Below are positions 51,618 to 54,575 of a stretch of 54,575 bases of DNA, piece after piece; the stretch's first letter is position 1; every line of letters begins with the position of its first letter. The notes beneath the pieces are model-generated. The model was not told the DNA's origin, did no database searches, and saw only the letters and a list, made by a program, of their open reading frames with translations. Origin of the DNA: Nemertoderma westbladi (Eukaryota; Animalia; Xenacoelomorpha); the NCBI GenBank assembly GCA_032718475.1, contig JAUCBJ010007123.1, forward strand, positions 1 through 54,575, in the 5' to 3' direction. A program made the translations under genes and the position numbers.

Positions 51618-51730
51618 TTAGAAAGGCATTCACTAGCTTACTGAGCCTAAATGTTACCATTTTAATCAACTCGATTTATTTTAACGTATTTTTTGCAATA
51701 GACCTTTGTACATATTATTCAAATTTTACC

Positions 51731-52874
51731 GGATGATTCTAAATTAGGAAAACACTAGTAAAACAGTAAAACACTAGGAAAACATAGGAAGAGTACTGTA
51801 AAACACACGGAAAACAGTGAAAATATTGATCAGCAGGGATGAATTTAACACATGTAATTCTCTGAATTGACAATCCTAAATGTACTCCTCGCATAGCACC
51901 CCTTAAGTAATCACCGTAAAACATAGGGAAAACACTATAAAAACACTATAAACCTTCCGGAAAACAGTGAAAAAATTGATCAGCATTAAATTTTACCTAT
52001 ATGCTGCAAAAAAATAAGTTGAAAGAGTCTAATACTGCCCAGAAAGCTTGTTGCCAGGCAACCAAAGAACTGTAACCAATCAGCATACGGTGCTGTATCA
52101 GTACAGCAGTACTATCCTTGTTTTACCGGTCAGTTGGTAGAGGCGCAAAGTACCAGTATTGCTGTATTCTGGTAGGCCTATTACCTGATTACAGATTACA
52201 GTATTAGTGCTGTAGTGCAGTAGTGTAATGCTGTAATGTCCCATGGCTATGGCACTATCTCTGTAACCAGGCTGGCTGTCTTAATACTGTAATGCTTACC
52301 GGTACTACTCAGCTACTAAATATAGAAATATTTACAGCTTTAACTAACCCTAACAATACTGCAATATCTGAATACTGGAATACACTACTGCACTACAGCA
52401 CTAATACTGTAATCTGTAATCAGGTAATAGGCCTACCAGAATACAGCAATACTGGTACTTTGCGCCTCTACCGACTGACCGGTAAAACAAGGATAGTACT
52501 GCTGTACTGATACTGCACCGTATGCTGATTGGTTACAGTTCTTTGGTTGCCTGGCAACAAGCTTTCTGGGCAGTATTAGACTCTTTCAATTTATTTTTTT
52601 GCAGCATATAGGTAAAATTTAATGCTGATCAATTTTTTCACTGTTTTCCGGAAGGTTTATAGTGTTTTTATAGTGTTTTCCCTATGTTTTACGGTGATTA
52701 CTTAAGGGGTGCTATGCGAGGAGTACATTTAGGATTGTCAATTCAGAGAAGTACATGTGTTAAATTTCCTGCTGATCAATATTTTCACTGTTTTCCGGGT
52801 GTTTTACAGTACTTTTCTTATGTTTTCCTAGTGTTTTACCGTTTTACTAGTGTTTTCCTAATTTAGAACTATCC
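51731..52874. mobile_element. Mutator-like foldback element: ~495-bp inverted arms, ~150-bp spacer, 9-bp TSD AATTTTACC
   Basis: Arms 51731-52227 and 52381-52874 are near-perfect reverse complements; TSD at 51722-51730 and 52875-52883. Confidence 0.93.
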
Positions 52875-53114
52875 AATTTTACCCATGCCAGTATACATGC
52901 AGTTTAATTATTAATGATTTTAAAATACTCTATTTTTAACATATTTTATAACATATTGTTTTTATTTATAATATTTGTAGGCCTACTTAGGCAATTCAAT
53001 GTATGTCCTGTGTCTCGTAATTTAACTACAGTATATAGATACAGTCTCTTGTGATACTAATAAACAATACGAATACCAATACCTACTCCCATTCGAAATT
53101 CATATTGTCACCGT

Positions 53115-53272
53115 GGGGATAAGTCACCAGGAGCGATAAAGACCCAGGGGCGATAAAGACCCGGGGGAGATATGTTCCCAAGGGGCAATAAAGGACCATT
53201 TGAGGGGCGATAAGTTCCCAGGGGGCGGGCGATAAGGGCCAGGGGAGATAAAGGTGCAAGGGGCGATAAGGC
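53115..53272. repeat. Array of GGGGCGATAA motifs, inverse-related to 49889-49917 plus 50961-50991
   Basis: GCGATAAAGACCCAGGGGCGATAA is the reverse complement of TTATCGCCCCTGGGTCTTTATCG. Confidence 0.7.
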
Positions 53273-54211
53273 CCTACAATCGTTACGATGGTCCCCAACG
53301 GCCATCGTTTTAACAACGTAATATCCATCTATTGGGACTATTTTCGGTGAATTTATGCCGAGTAAATTACCTTGTCGTCGACCAGCGGATGATAATTAAG
53401 TTTTTGTTTTGAAAACGATGGCCGTTGTTGGATTTTTTTAAATATTAAACATAAAACTCAAATTAAATTAAATTCACTTCAAACTAAAGAAGGAAATTAA
53501 TAAGTAATTACGGGAGATCCTTTAAGGGTCCTTTAAGATGCGTCTCATGAAAGTCGTGGGCTGTCCAACATGCTTATTTTCCCATGAGGCTGCCAAAGCA
53601 CAAGATTGTGCACAAGCTGGTCCTCACGGCGAAAACAATGTCGTGCAAGGCGGAGGCGGCTTTGTTCAAGTTTTAAACTTGGCGGGACCAGTGGGACACC
53701 TTGACATATAGACAATTAGCCTATTTCCGCAGTAGGCAGTTTTTGACATTGAAAATATTTAGTCGTCTATTTTTTTATCCATATAAAACGTACCTGCACC
53801 GGGAATGTGCGCAATCCAATATAAACATCATCCCACACTCAGGTATGCGGCATGGATATTTAGTACTAGTGGGACGTTTTATTATTACAGTTTTATTATT
53901 TAAACACACAAATATTACCGGTTCCTTAATAATTTATATCATGGTCAAAGCTAATCCTAATCCCCCATATATATTTATTGATCTACGAAATACGAAAATT
54001 TATTATTCGTTTTATAACATACAAATGCCAATTAGGGATATTCGATCCTGTGATATTCAGAACGAAAAAATACTACGAAACGAAATACAAAAATTAGATT
54101 ATCTATCGTAATTAATATATCGTCACGTCAAATTAACAATAAATTATTAAATTAATATTTATTGTAATTATTATTCTAGTCCAAACAATAAAAGCGAACC
54201 AAGAGCACACA

Positions 54212-54400
54212 GGTTAGTTTCATTCTACAGTAGCTGTAAAATGGGTTGATCCGATTGGTTAGTTTCATTCTACTGTAGCTGTAAAATGGGTTGATCTGAT
54301 TGGTTAGTTTCATTCTACAGTAGCTGTAAAATGGGTTGATCCGATTGGTTAGTTTCATTCTACTGTAGCTGTAAAATGGGTTGATCTGATTGGTTAGTTT
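54212..54400. repeat. 45-bp tandem repeat, ~4 copies
   Basis: GGTTAGTTTCATTCTACAGTAGCTGTAAAATGGGTTGATCCGATT, alternating A/B variants. Confidence 0.95.
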
Positions 54401-54575
54401 ACACTGCAGATATTCTTTAACCATATCGTGATTTTGTTGGCACTGTTAGAAAGCTGGCCATCAGGATTCCAAATATGTAACACAATCTGAATTTCGTTGA
54501 AAAATTGCTGCTGAGATATGGGCGTTCAACTAATTACTTACGGTACTTGTTCAACAATAATTTTACCTGCTCTAT

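Noticed and set aside
53701-54111. 136-aa ORF
   Set aside because: Non-ATG start, AT-rich low-information translation, no motif

Overview
Repeat-rich genomic DNA from a eukaryote, most likely an invertebrate animal (GT-AG introns, metazoan-type genes, no prokaryotic features). Host genes: intronless VPS33B (7261-9015, -), a compact intronless APLF (19439-20383, +), three-exon TAF9 (20716-23068, +), and two paralogous C2H2 zinc-finger array genes (1-1098 partial, and 41234-42811, both -) sharing duplicated upstream DNA. The rest is mobile and repetitive DNA: two large non-LTR retrotransposons (one split by an hAT-type insertion with an 8-bp TSD), older LINE fragments, several TIR/foldback elements with readable target-site duplications, a tRNA-Gly-like SINE head, many minisatellites and an ~8-kb 16-bp satellite. 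The most unusual region is a purine-rich element at 33643-~39510 ending in a polypurine tract plus LTR-like sequence. It carries a decayed long ORF that reconstructs by eye as a WRN/EXD-like DEDD 3'-5' exonuclease joined to three CCHC zinc knuckles, with a strong CpG-deamination signature. All homology calls come from recalled motifs, not database searches, and repeat boundaries are approximate unless a TSD is quoted.
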